Counted from the first letter of the stretch, positions 21,527 through 31,236 are shown. The stretch: 64,000 bases of DNA from Fervidicoccaceae archaeon (GCA_038734945.1 JAVYOA010000002.1:124001-188000), one strand, 5' to 3'. Notes: generated by a model not told the origin, from the sequence alone. A program made the numbers and translations.

Positions 21527-22170
21527 AGATTGCCCCCCTATCATGGGGAGCAGAATCCAACTTATACCTGGGACATTATTTAGGAAGAAAGGTTGTGGTG
21601 AAGGAGAGAATCAGGAAACCCTACATGCCACCAAAGCTATCAGAAAGGTTAGTTAGAGAGAGAACAATTTCCGAGGCCAGAATATTATGGGAGGCAAATT
21701 TGATAGGTGTAAAGGCTCCTCTTCCTCTAAAGGTGGAACCTGAAGCCGGAGTAATAATAATGAGCTACATAGAGGGGAAACTGCTGAGAGATATGATTTT
21801 CGCTGGAGAAAACGAACAGCTAATCAGGGAAATAATGAGAATTGTAGGAGAATATGTTGCGAAGCTCCACAATTTTCATATAATACATGGCGATCTCACA
21901 ACTTCAAACATCATCTATAAGACTGAAGCAGGTCCATTCATAATTGACTTCGGGCTAAGCTTCCGTTCAAAACGAGTTGAAGATAAGGCAATGGATTTAA
22001 GAGTTTTGGAGAGAGCCGTTGAGAGCACCCATCCTGAGCATAAAGATGAGCTAATGCCCCTTTTCTATGAGAAATATTTTTCGGAAGTAAATGAGAGTGA
22101 ATTGATTGGGAAAAGCTTGGAAGAAATTAGACTTAGAGGAAGATATATAAAGGAGAGGCAGAAGCAATGA
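21487..22170 (+). CDS. bud32: KEOPS kinase/ATPase Bud32
   Basis: GAES, VVKER, ERTISEAR, HGDLTTSN, IDFGL, RLRGRY; start uncertain (ATG 21487 or TTG 21514). Confidence 0.95.
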   Translation: MENRRGRDSLEKLKIAPLSWGAESNLYLGHYLGRKVVVKERIRKPYMPPKLSERLVRERTISEARILWEANLIGVKAPLPLKVEPEAGVIIMSYIEGKLLRDMIFAGENEQLIREIMRIVGEYVAKLHNFHIIHGDLTTSNIIYKTEAGPFIIDFGLSFRSKRVEDKAMDLRVLERAVESTHPEHKDELMPLFYEKYFSEVNESELIGKSLEEIRLRGRYIKERQKQ

Positions 22171-22724
22171 GGCTGTTTATCCTAACACACAACGATTCGA
22201 AATTCTCCGAGATCGCTGAGGTTCTACTAGAATATGGAATTGAAGCTATTCAGCTTAGAAAGAAAAAGTTCGAGATTCAGGCAGATGAAGTTTCTGAAAT
22301 AGCTTTCAGAGCAGCAGAGCACGAGTGCAGAGAGCTCAACACTCCCATAGCTGTAGATGATACAGCACTATATATAGAGGCTTTGAGGGGATTTCCTGGG
22401 CCCTATGCAGAATATGTTTTTAGAACAATAGGTATTTCAGGTATCTTGAAGCTGATGGAAGGGAAAAATAATAGAAAAGCACGCTTCGTTACTGCTGTAG
22501 CATATTGCAATGGAAGATCTGTGAGGGTTTTTGAGGGGATCCTTGAAGGAACTATATCTGATGAAGCTAGAGGTGAGTTTGGTTTTGGATTCGATCCAAT
22601 TTTTATCCCCGAAGGTAGTTTAAAGACTCTTGCAGAAATGACCATAGCGGAAAAAAACATGATCAGTCATAGGGCTGTAGCTTTTAGAAAGCTTGCTGAA
22701 TGGCTAAATAATAATAAAGAATAA
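22167..22724 (+). CDS. rdgB: Non-canonical purine NTP pyrophosphatase (RdgB/HAM1)
   Basis: EIQ, GFPGPY, GFGFDPIF, EKNMISHR. Confidence 0.95.
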   Translation: MRLFILTHNDSKFSEIAEVLLEYGIEAIQLRKKKFEIQADEVSEIAFRAAEHECRELNTPIAVDDTALYIEALRGFPGPYAEYVFRTIGISGILKLMEGKNNRKARFVTAVAYCNGRSVRVFEGILEGTISDEARGEFGFGFDPIFIPEGSLKTLAEMTIAEKNMISHRAVAFRKLAEWLNNNKE

Positions 22725-22742
22725 AATTCTCAGTTTTTCTTG

Positions 22743-22805
22743 AGCAATGATGATGGAAACCTCTTGACCGACATTAGGAATGACGAGGGTCTTGAGTTCT
22801 GAGCT
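22743..22805 (+). ncRNA. Box C/D methylation guide sRNA (predicted target C34 of tRNA-Leu(CAA))
   Basis: C ATGATGA 22747-22753, D' CCGA 22768-22771, C' ATGACGA 22780-22786, D CTGA 22799-22802, terminal AGC/GCT stem; fills an intergenic gap. Confidence 0.85.
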
Positions 22806-24210
22806 ACTTGTGGGGCATAAGCCCCATCTGCATGTATAGTAGGAAGAAAGCTATGAAGAACGTGATTGCTGATATTGGTATCCCCAGTTTTATCCATTTT
22901 ATCATGCTTAGCTCCCCTATATGTTCTCCTCTCTTTTTCATTTTTTCCAGATATCCGGCCATAACTATGTTGGCAGTTGAGCCAATTATAGTTGCATTCC
23001 CCCAATATGTTCCAGAAATCAAGGAGATCCACCATATAGGAAAAGTATTCAAGGTGCCAACCATCGAATTGACTATTGGTATTGCAATGGATACAGCAAG
23101 GACGTTGTCCATTACAGAAGTTATTCCTCCAACAATTGCGCTTATTAAAAGCATTAGGTATATTATGTTTCCCTGAGTGACCTGCTCAACTTTTTCAACA
23201 ATTATATTGGAAATACCTGTGTATTGGATTGTCCCCACGCTGGCAAATAGAAGCAGGAAATAGACCAGCGTCCACCAGTCAACTCTTCTCTCGACTAGAT
23301 CTACGGCCTTCTCATGCTCAATGAACAGCGCTACTCCTGCTCCAAGCATAGCAACAGCAAGGAGAAGAGAGTTCTTCGGAAGATTGAAGTAGGCTTCTAG
23401 ATGGTGATGAAGAATAAGACCAATGAGAACAGCAAGAAATAATGCGGTAGGAGTGTTTAGTTCTTTCTTATATTTTGCTAGCTCTTCAAGACCTCGCAGT
23501 TCTTCTTCATCGTGCTTCTTCTTTTTTGCAAGTTCCTTTTCCTCTCTGAAGTAGAATTCACCTATCAAAACAACCACAGCTACACTCACAAGGGCAATTG
23601 GAAAGGACCATCTTATGAAATCAAAAAATGTCAGTCCAGCTCTGAAGGCGATCAGCACACCAATTGGATTGCCTACAACAGTTGCGCTGCTGCCTATATT
23701 CGTTGTGAAGACTTCGAATATTGATATTGGCAGAGGATCTATGTTGTAATACTTGCAGACTCTTATGGTCAAAGCCAAAGTTATCAGAATGCTAGTTACT
23801 TCATCTACCAGCGCAGCAAGTATGAACGAGGATAGCAAAATTGAGGCAAAAACAAAACTAGGCCTATTAATCAGAGAGTATATCATTTTAGCTGTTATCC
23901 AGTCGAAGAATTTTCTTTCCTCCAGAAATCCGACAATTATCATCATTGAAATCAGGAATATAATCACATCAATATTGGAGAATTGAATTACATGGGGAAT
24001 ATCTATAACATCTGTAAAGAGGAGAAGAGAAACGCCTGCAAATGCGAAGGCTACTCTGAAGCTCCAGAAAGTGAATGATCCTCCTATGAACATTGCTAAT
24101 GCTGTGAGGCTGACAACTTGCTTCAAATTCAGACCTGAAACCAGCGCGAGTAGGAAGACTAGTAGAATAACGGCAACTAGACCTATCACTTTAGTTCTAG
24201 TCGACGGCAT
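22804..24210 (-). CDS. ArsB/NhaD (SLC13-like) ion/carboxylate transporter
   Basis: About 12 TM helices; AALVDEVT, NIGSSATVVGNP, MDNV, GNATIIGSTAN. Confidence 0.88.
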   Translation of the reverse strand: MPSTRTKVIGLVAVILLVFLLALVSGLNLKQVVSLTALAMFIGGSFTFWSFRVAFAFAGVSLLLFTDVIDIPHVIQFSNIDVIIFLISMMIIVGFLEERKFFDWITAKMIYSLINRPSFVFASILLSSFILAALVDEVTSILITLALTIRVCKYYNIDPLPISIFEVFTTNIGSSATVVGNPIGVLIAFRAGLTFFDFIRWSFPIALVSVAVVVLIGEFYFREEKELAKKKKHDEEELRGLEELAKYKKELNTPTALFLAVLIGLILHHHLEAYFNLPKNSLLLAVAMLGAGVALFIEHEKAVDLVERRVDWWTLVYFLLLFASVGTIQYTGISNIIVEKVEQVTQGNIIYLMLLISAIVGGITSVMDNVLAVSIAIPIVNSMVGTLNTFPIWWISLISGTYWGNATIIGSTANIVMAGYLEKMKKRGEHIGELSMIKWIKLGIPISAITFFIAFFLLYMQMGLMPHK

Positions 24211-24327
24211 CGAAATCAACTCGCATTAAAAAAAAGAAATTGTAATCTTTTATATATGTTTTTTCATAATAAAGGTTTAATCATAAAAAATAATAAATAA
24301 TAAAACTAAAATTTTACAATTCGAAGG

Positions 24328-24402
24328 TGGGCCCGCGGGGATTCGAACCCCGGACCTCCCGGTTATCAGCCGGGCGCTCCAACCAGGCTGAGCTACGGGC
24401 CC
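24328..24402 (-). tRNA. tRNA-Ile (anticodon GAU), intronless, CCA not encoded
   Basis: GGGCCCGTAGCTCAGCCTGGTTGGAGCGCCCGGCT-GAT-AACCGGGAGGTCCGGGGTTCGAATCCCCGCGGGCCCA folds as a full cloverleaf. Confidence 0.98.
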
Positions 24403-24431
24403 GCATCAGGAATTATTGACTGAATTTTAAG

Positions 24432-24448
24432 TTTTAAAGCTTTTTCAT
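24432..24448 (-). promoter_or_regulatory. BRE/TATA promoter of tRNA-Ile
   Basis: Purine-rich A-tract followed by TTTAAAA about 30 nt upstream of the mature 5' end. Confidence 0.6.
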
Positions 24449-24582
24449 TAAACAGTTCTTTTATAGTTTTTCGATTTCATTGATTGTCATGATAATAAGC
24501 ATGGTTATTTGGAGGAAAGTTCCTAAATGTGTTAACCTTTTTAATTTCTGTTTTTATTGTTATGATTTAAAGGGTGTTGAAA

Positions 24583-24849
24583 ATGAGCGCTCAGGGAAAT
24601 GAGGAGAAAATAAAAAGTGCAATAATGATGCTCACTAAAATAGTCAACGATGCTAGTGTCCCAAGGAACATTAGGAGAGTCGCCACTGAGGCGATCAATC
24701 AGTTGAGTGTGAAGAACCTAAGTGCTGGAGTAAGAGCAGCCAACGCCATACATGTGCTAGATGAGATCAGCCAGGATCCGAACATGCCCGTGCATACGAG
24801 AATAGCTATTTGGAATATTGTTAGCTTGCTAGAAAACGTTAGAGATTGA
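24583..24849 (+). CDS. UPF0147 family protein
   Basis: [34 protein letters not shown]. Confidence 0.92.
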   Translation: MSAQGNEEKIKSAIMMLTKIVNDASVPRNIRRVATEAINQLSVKNLSAGVRAANAIHVLDEISQDPNMPVHTRIAIWNIVSLLENVRD

Positions 24850-24882
24850 TAAAAGAGTTTTCAAGATATATGCAGTTCTACC

Positions 24883-25875
24883 TCACTGTTTCTGTTCCTT
24901 TAGCTTTCTGATTTCACTGATCAGCCTGGGAACTATTTCATACAAATCTCCAACTATTAGATAATCGCTGTACTCACCTATTGGAGCAGAAGGATCTATG
25001 TTAATTGAAATCACTGTTCCGCTATCCTTCATTCCAACAACATGCTGAGGACTTCCCGAGATACCTATAGCAATATAGACTTTGGGCTTGACAATGTTTC
25101 CACTGAAGCCAACTTGATGATCCCTGGAAATCCAGTCATCATCTACCAGTGGTCTCGATGCTCCCACAGTCGCTCCAAGCAAGGAAGCAAGCTCGTATAT
25201 CATTTGTAGATCTTCCTTCTTCTTAACACCTCTACCAACAGAGACTATTAGCTCTGCCTCTGAAATGTTGACCTTTTCTCTTTCAAGCTTCTTTAGTACT
25301 TTATATCCTGTCTCTTCAAAGTTGTCGAGATATAATTCAAAGATTTTTCCCATTCTTCCGGGATCACTTTCAAGCGGCTTGAATGTTCTATATCTTACCG
25401 TGCTCATAACAGGCTTTGTTCTTGTGATTATGTAAGCGAATATGTTCCCAGAGAAGGCTGGCCTGACTTGAACTATGTTTCCCTTTTCGTCAACGAAGAG
25501 ATCGGTGCAGTCAGCCGTAAGACCAGTTCTCAGATATGATGACACTCTCGGCGCCAAAGTTCTTCCGCTGTTAGTAGCACCGAACAGAACTGCTTCAGGT
25601 TTTGCTGTTTCAATGATTTTTATTAGGGCATTTCTGTGGGCGATCACGTCAAAGTCTTTTAGTCTCTCATCATCTATCAAATATACGATGTCTGCTCCTC
25701 TGTGTATTAGCTCGTTGGCCTTTTCTTTCACATTCCAGCCCGCGAGGGCTGCCGAAACCAATGTCCCCTTCTTCTCTGCGAGCTCTCTAGCTTTCGCCAA
25801 AAGCTCAAACGTCACAGGGTGTATGACTCCAGCGTGATTTTCAGCATACACCATTATCCCTTTATATTCATCCAT
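24883..25875 (-). CDS. etfA: Electron transfer flavoprotein alpha subunit (FixB)
   Basis: TGLTADCT, VRPAFSG, VSVGRG, ASRPLVD, QVGFSG, IGISGSPQH. Confidence 0.95.
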   Translation of the reverse strand: MDEYKGIMVYAENHAGVIHPVTFELLAKARELAEKKGTLVSAALAGWNVKEKANELIHRGADIVYLIDDERLKDFDVIAHRNALIKIIETAKPEAVLFGATNSGRTLAPRVSSYLRTGLTADCTDLFVDEKGNIVQVRPAFSGNIFAYIITRTKPVMSTVRYRTFKPLESDPGRMGKIFELYLDNFEETGYKVLKKLEREKVNISEAELIVSVGRGVKKKEDLQMIYELASLLGATVGASRPLVDDDWISRDHQVGFSGNIVKPKVYIAIGISGSPQHVVGMKDSGTVISINIDPSAPIGEYSDYLIVGDLYEIVPRLISEIRKLKEQKQ

Positions 25876-25885
25876 GAGCTATCAC

Positions 25886-26680
25886 CTACAGCATGCCCTC
25901 CTTCTTAAGGATCTCGATTATTTTCTGTATCCCTTCCTCAGGATTCAGAACTTGCTTATTCCTTGTTTTGGGCTTTGGAACTATTATCTTTGAAACAATC
26001 GTTGGAGAACCGCTGAAACCGAACTGTTTTATATCAGCAACGTCGGAAAGATAGTCAGCATTCCAAATTTCTATGTTGGCTTTTTTTGCCCTCAGCTTAT
26101 CCTTCAGCAGTGGAACTCTGGGCTTTGCTGCCTCCTTAGTTACTTGAAGCAGTGTTGGAAAGAATAGCTCGATCTCGTACGGCGATTCCTGTTCTGTTAT
26201 TACTCTAATCTTTTTCTCCTCAACTTCAAGAATCTTGCTGACATAGCTAGCATGGGGGATCCCGAGAAACTCTGCGACCTCGGGAGGAACCTGTGCCGTG
26301 TCTCCATCAACGCTCTTTTCCCCTGATATTATGAGATCGAAGGTACCAAGTTTCTTAATGGCACTGGCCAGCGCATAGGCTGTAGCCAATGTATCTGCTC
26401 CAGCAAATCTCCTATCGGAAAGAAGGATCGCTCTGTCGCACCCTCTTGAAAGGGCCTCTCTCAATGCATCCTGTGCATGAAGCGGGGCCATGCTGATAAC
26501 TGTGACTTGCCCTCCAACTTTCTCCTTGATTTGCACAGCAGCTTCAATTGCGTGAAGATCAAATGGATTTATCTGAAGTTCACTGGATTCTCTCACGATT
26601 GTTCCTTTTTCAACGTCGAACTTTACTTTGTCCATGTCGGGAACGGGCTTCATAAGGACAACTATTTGCAGGGGACGCAA
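25886..26680 (-). CDS. etfB: Electron transfer flavoprotein beta subunit (FixA)
   Basis: KPVPD, INPFD..AIEAA, GADTLATA, DGDTAQV, GSPT. Confidence 0.95.
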   Translation of the reverse strand: MRPLQIVVLMKPVPDMDKVKFDVEKGTIVRESSELQINPFDLHAIEAAVQIKEKVGGQVTVISMAPLHAQDALREALSRGCDRAILLSDRRFAGADTLATAYALASAIKKLGTFDLIISGEKSVDGDTAQVPPEVAEFLGIPHASYVSKILEVEEKKIRVITEQESPYEIELFFPTLLQVTKEAAKPRVPLLKDKLRAKKANIEIWNADYLSDVADIKQFGFSGSPTIVSKIIVPKPKTRNKQVLNPEEGIQKIIEILKKEGML

Positions 26681-26960
26681 GCTTTAACACCTTTTAAATA
26701 ATTTGAAACTGACTATATAAAAAAGATTATTTTGTTTATCTATTTTTTCAGCAAAAAGTATTTTTTTAGGTTTTTAAAAAACGAGTTCTTCAATTTAGAT
26801 ATTTTTAATTTAACCTTAAAAGTTCTGGTGAAGATTAAATCAGAAAATGGACTTCATTCATGAGGTTACTTTACAGCAAATGAAAGCCTGCCCATTTAGG
26901 ACAAGAAAGAAATCAGATATATAATGGAATTGTTTTCTAAAAATAGTGTGGGATCTATTA

Positions 26961-28226
26961 ATGAGTGTAGGCAAGTTTGATGCAGCAATAGTAGGAGGAG
27001 GACCTGCTGGAACCTCAGCAGCTTACTTTCTAGCAAAAAAGGGGTACCAGGTTATTTTGCTAGAAAGAGGAAAGACCCTTGGAAGCAAGAATGTCTATGG
27101 AGGAAGGATATACAGCAAAATAATAAAGGATCTCTTTCCCGATTTCGAGAAGGATGCGCCTATACATAGGTGGGTAAATAGAGAATTGTTTTCCATTGTT
27201 CAAGGAGGAGATTCTGTAACTCTCTCATATAACTCCAAAGATTCAAAATCTTTCACAGCTAACCTAACTGAATTCTGCTCATGGCTTGGAAAAAAGGCGG
27301 AGGAGGTTGGAGCGAATGTCTTCACCGAAGCAAAGGTCACAGCCCTCAGTAGAGATGGAGAAAAGGTTAATGGTATATATGTTGGTGAAGAGAAGGTTGA
27401 TGCAGATGTTGTAGTAATAGCTGAAGGAGCAAACAGGCTCCTCTCAGAGAAAAGTGGTCTTGCTCCAACCCCCCCTCTTTCCTCTCTGGCCTTAGGAATT
27501 AAGGAGAGCATTAGGCTTGGAAAGGAGAATATTGAAAATAGATTATCTCTACAGGAGGGGGAGGGTGTTTCGTGGATGTTTCTAGGAGATTTCACAGAAG
27601 GTATTCCTGATGGTGGCTTTCTGTACACCTTCAGGGATTACTTGAGTCTTGGAGTAGTTGTTAGTCTTGGAGAAGCAGTTAGCGGAATAAAGGAACAGGC
27701 TTATTTATTCCTTGAGAAGCTCAGGAATCATCCCATGCTTGCAAATATTTTAAGAGGGGGGGAAACAATCGAGTACTCAGCCCACTTGACGATCGTCGAG
27801 CCTACAAGATACATGCCTAAGAAGCTATCTGGAAATGGGTATGCAATAATTGGCGATTCTGCTGGATTGCTTGGAAACCTTGGTTATACTTTCAGAGGAG
27901 TTGACTTTGCTGTTTTCTCCGGATATGCACTTGCTGAATCGTTTGAAAAAATTAGAAATGGGGATTGGGAGAGCTATGAGGAGTTTCTAAAGAGCTCATG
28001 GGTCTATAAGGAAATTCTCAGGTTTTCGAGGGCGCATGATTTAATGAAGGAGAAGAGGATGCTTGAATCCTATCCTTTGCTGCTGAACAAAATAATGAAG
28101 AGCATATTCGATTTGGAGGGACCGGCACCAAAACTGATGGAGGCTGTGCTGGACAACATAAAGAAGTCAAATTTGAGCCCTCTGCTCCTCCTAAGAGATA
28201 TGATTAAGGCTGCGAGGGATCTCTGA
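26961..28226 (+). CDS. fixC: ETF:quinone oxidoreductase-like flavoprotein FixC (EtfC)
   Basis: GGGPAG, ERG...GSKNVYGG, AEGAN, GGFLYT, EYSAH, IGDSAG, RGVDFA; start placed at ATG 26961. Confidence 0.9.
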   Translation: MSVGKFDAAIVGGGPAGTSAAYFLAKKGYQVILLERGKTLGSKNVYGGRIYSKIIKDLFPDFEKDAPIHRWVNRELFSIVQGGDSVTLSYNSKDSKSFTANLTEFCSWLGKKAEEVGANVFTEAKVTALSRDGEKVNGIYVGEEKVDADVVVIAEGANRLLSEKSGLAPTPPLSSLALGIKESIRLGKENIENRLSLQEGEGVSWMFLGDFTEGIPDGGFLYTFRDYLSLGVVVSLGEAVSGIKEQAYLFLEKLRNHPMLANILRGGETIEYSAHLTIVEPTRYMPKKLSGNGYAIIGDSAGLLGNLGYTFRGVDFAVFSGYALAESFEKIRNGDWESYEEFLKSSWVYKEILRFSRAHDLMKEKRMLESYPLLLNKIMKSIFDLEGPAPKLMEAVLDNIKKSNLSPLLLLRDMIKAARDL

Positions 28227-28522
28227 TGCAGGTGGAAACTAAAAAAATCAGAACTATAGATGAAATAATGAAGAACAACAAGTGGATCGTGGATGAAAAA
28301 CCACACATAATAGTTGATTATGAGAAGTGCGGCAAATGCGACAAAAAGCTGTGTGTCGATCTATGTCCAGCAGGATGCTACACATTGCTGGCAGATGGAA
28401 GATTGAGCTTCAGCTATGAGGGCTGCCTTGAGTGCGGAACTTGCAGGCTGATATGCCCTAATGAGGCTATAAGCTGGAACTATCCAGAAGGAGGAAAAGG
28501 GATCCAGTATAGATATGGATAG
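28226..28522 (+). CDS. fixX: Ferredoxin-like protein FixX (EtfX)
   Basis: VDEKPHI, C..C....C...CPAGCY, GCLECGTCRLIC, WNYPEGGKG..YRYG. Confidence 0.95.
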   Translation: MQVETKKIRTIDEIMKNNKWIVDEKPHIIVDYEKCGKCDKKLCVDLCPAGCYTLLADGRLSFSYEGCLECGTCRLICPNEAISWNYPEGGKGIQYRYG

Positions 28523-29671
28523 GTGCTTCTTTTGAGCTCATATGCAAGGAAAGGGCTTAGACTGCTCAGATATCCTTTCTTAATAGATGATATCATGGAT
28601 TATCTGAAAAAGAGGAACTATCTCCCCTCATCTGTGAATATAGCTGAAGCAGTGTCCCTTCTTGGAGCAGGAAGCAGAACAAAGGAAATAGTTGAGGACT
28701 CTATTAAGTTCAATCATTACAGAATTGAGGATGAGGAGACTAAGCTCCCCATGGAGGCGCTGGCTTTTCATGTTGCTCTTTTGCTAATGGTCAGAATAGG
28801 AGGAAAGTGGCTGGCAAATAGGTTAGCTGTCTCAGTGTCAAAGGCCTATAGGGGGGAGCTCCAGCAATTAGATAGAAGAGAGCTCGAAATTTTAGCTGAA
28901 CTTCTGGGCATAAAATCAAAATACCATGAATATGCAGAATCGGTCAAGCTGAAGTCGAAAATTCTGAGAGGATCCTTTGTCGAACAAAGCTTTCCGATAT
29001 CTCTCAGCTATACTGAATATTTGAGAGCGGCCCACAGATTAATGGGAGATGCTCGATGGAAACTATCCAATCAAATGCTAGTAGGGGGAAAAGTTTACCT
29101 AGACAGGAGAAGGTTTGAAAGGATCCTCGAGGAAAGAATTGCTGAAAAAATTTCCTATATTGCTGAGAAGTATTTGGAGCTCACAAAGGTACCTGAGCTT
29201 CCAAGCCCACTAAGGGAAATAGAATCCAGCTTGAAGGAATCATTGGGGAAAATAATAGAAAGTAAAGAAAAGTCTTCTTTAAACAATGTGGGAAAGCTCC
29301 CAATTTCATACGAATCCTTCCCTCCATGTATAAAGAAAATATATGAGAGAGCAACCTCAGGTGAGAACCTGAGTCATGCTGAGAGATTTTCCCTTGCAAC
29401 ATTCATGCTTTCGCTGGGCGTAAACGAAGAAGCTCTTCTTGAGATATTTAAGCATTCTCCAGATTACAATGAAAAGATAGCGAGGTACCAAGTGGAGCAC
29501 TTAATGGGAAAAAGAGGCAGCAAAACGAAATACAAGCCATATAGCTGTGCGAAAATGAGGACGCTCTCGCTCTGCGTGGCCGATTGTGGGACAAAAACGC
29601 CTATGCAGAAGTATTACATCAATTTGAAGGGAGGAAGGAAAAGCATTGAAAATAAGGGTAGTCCTGTTTGA
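28523..29671 (+). CDS. priL: DNA primase large subunit
   Basis: YPFL, WKLSNQ...GKVYL, FPPCI, NLSHAERF, SPDYNEKIARYQVEH, YSC...C...C Fe-S domain. Confidence 0.92.
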   Translation: MLLLSSYARKGLRLLRYPFLIDDIMDYLKKRNYLPSSVNIAEAVSLLGAGSRTKEIVEDSIKFNHYRIEDEETKLPMEALAFHVALLLMVRIGGKWLANRLAVSVSKAYRGELQQLDRRELEILAELLGIKSKYHEYAESVKLKSKILRGSFVEQSFPISLSYTEYLRAAHRLMGDARWKLSNQMLVGGKVYLDRRRFERILEERIAEKISYIAEKYLELTKVPELPSPLREIESSLKESLGKIIESKEKSSLNNVGKLPISYESFPPCIKKIYERATSGENLSHAERFSLATFMLSLGVNEEALLEIFKHSPDYNEKIARYQVEHLMGKRGSKTKYKPYSCAKMRTLSLCVADCGTKTPMQKYYINLKGGRKSIENKGSPV

Positions 29672-30254
29672 TTTCGATGGAACAGTAATAGATACTATGG
29701 GAGAATATGCAGAATCTGCCAGTAATATATTAAGTGAGGAAACTGGAATCGATAAGGAAAGGGCAAAAGAACTGTACTTGAGAACTGCTGGAAGGGATTT
29801 TTTCACTCAGTTAAGGCTGATTGGATTTGAAGGAGGGGTTGCCCAGAGAGCATACATGAGATTTATTGAGGAAAAGAGAAAAATTTTAAGGAAAAAAGCT
29901 ATTTCATCCTATGCCATCGAACTCATCAATGATATCAAGAAGATGGGAATAATAGCTGCTCTTTCCACGAACAACGAGTGCAGCTTAATTTACGAAATTC
30001 CTGGTATCCATGCTTTCAGCGAAATCCTCTGTTTCGACGGCTTGGATTTCAGAAAAGGATACCCCCATCTGAAGAAGCTTCAGGAGAAATATTCTGTTAG
30101 AGAGGAGGAAATTCTTTTCATTGGAGACAGCGATTATGATATTGATACGTACAGCCAGCTTGGCTTGAAAAGCCTGAAAACGAAAGGTATTTTTGATGAG
30201 CATGAGGCTAAAAGATTATTGGAGGAAATCAAGAGGATTGCAGATGGTTTGTAG
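29646..30254 (+). CDS. HAD-superfamily hydrolase
   Basis: FDFDGTVIDT, LSTN, FIGDSDYD. Confidence 0.9.
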   Translation: MKIRVVLFDFDGTVIDTMGEYAESASNILSEETGIDKERAKELYLRTAGRDFFTQLRLIGFEGGVAQRAYMRFIEEKRKILRKKAISSYAIELINDIKKMGIIAALSTNNECSLIYEIPGIHAFSEILCFDGLDFRKGYPHLKKLQEKYSVREEEILFIGDSDYDIDTYSQLGLKSLKTKGIFDEHEAKRLLEEIKRIADGL

Positions 30255-30756
30255 GAAAAATAGAGGCAGGGCCGTTTCGGAAATTGTAGGTATTCTCTTG
30301 GCTACCTTAGTAGTTATATCTATAGGGACAGTGTTTATCCTTAGACTAAAAGATGTTCAAGCTTCCTGGTCCTCAGTAATACAGAATCTTATTGGAAATG
30401 CCAACTATATAAAGACCGAGCCGAATTTTGGAATTGTCTATTCATATTTGAATATAACGAGTAACTCCTTAGATGTATTTCTCAACATTGCTCCTGGAAC
30501 TTTGACGATATCTTCAATATACATCAATGGATATAGGATAAACCAGCCCCAGGTTACAATTCTCGTTGATGGACAGCCTGTAGCAATTAGCCAAAGCGGT
30601 GAGTTCTCTCTCCTAGGGGGAGATGCTCATAGGATAACAATACTCTTGAGTCAATCTCAAATCAATCAGATATCTTCACAGGGAACGAATTTATTGATAA
30701 AAATAGTGAGTAAAGCTGGGATAGAGCAAAGCTCCACATTGGTAGTTCTGTCTTAG
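30244..30756 (+). CDS. Archaeal type IV pilin-like protein (class III signal peptide)
   Basis: MVCRKNRGRA|VSEIVGILLATLVVISIG: basic leader, cleavage after RA, hydrophobic helix, beta-rich polar globular part. Confidence 0.75.
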   Translation: MVCRKNRGRAVSEIVGILLATLVVISIGTVFILRLKDVQASWSSVIQNLIGNANYIKTEPNFGIVYSYLNITSNSLDVFLNIAPGTLTISSIYINGYRINQPQVTILVDGQPVAISQSGEFSLLGGDAHRITILLSQSQINQISSQGTNLLIKIVSKAGIEQSSTLVVLS

Positions 30757-30810
30757 AGCGCAGAGCAACCCAAACATACTTTTATAATTACGCTATAATT
30801 CCATTTTAAT

Positions 30811-31236
30811 TTAGAATGAATGACAGCAACTCGCTATAGTTTCATATAGATAATCCTTTAGGTTTGAATCAACCCTGCTTGCTAGTTTCCTCACTTTTCT
30901 CGCATTAACAAGCTTACCATGTGGTCTGAGACCTCCTCTCTGTGAGCGAGGTATGTGGAGCAATTCGTGAACTGCTATCTCTGCCAGTTCATTGGATCCC
31001 AGACCATCTACCCTCTCACACAGAAACTCTATGGTATACATTGGGGGAACAGAATGGGCAATCTGTATGGGAATGGGAAGACCAAATATCCTTGCATAGG
31101 CTTTTGCTCTAGCTCCACGGCTTACAACCACGCCTATTTTCGCTTTCATATCAATGCCTATTTCTCTTGCTATTTGAATCATTACGCTTCCTGCTATGTC
31201 ACATGTTTTATACCTAATTCTCAGCAACGATATCAT
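30811..31236 (-). CDS. Putative zinc metallopeptidase
   Basis: AYARIFGLP, YTIE, HELLHIP, GGLRPHG. Confidence 0.8.
   Translation of the reverse strand: MISLLRIRYKTCDIAGSVMIQIAREIGIDMKAKIGVVVSRGARAKAYARIFGLPIPIQIAHSVPPMYTIEFLCERVDGLGSNELAEIAVHELLHIPRSQRGGLRPHGKLVNARKVRKLASRVDSNLKDYLYETIASCCHSF

Noticed and set aside
22730..23035. 101-aa minus-strand ORF
   Set aside because: Alternative frame over the transporter 3' end and antisense to the C/D sRNA
24220..24402. Integrated element at tRNA-Ile
   Set aside because: No integrase and no repeat of the tRNA 3' end seen in the window
26828..26884. Possible C/D sRNA in the etfB-fixC gap (GTGAAGA...ATGA)
   Set aside because: All boxes are degenerate, no terminal stem, AT-rich promoter context
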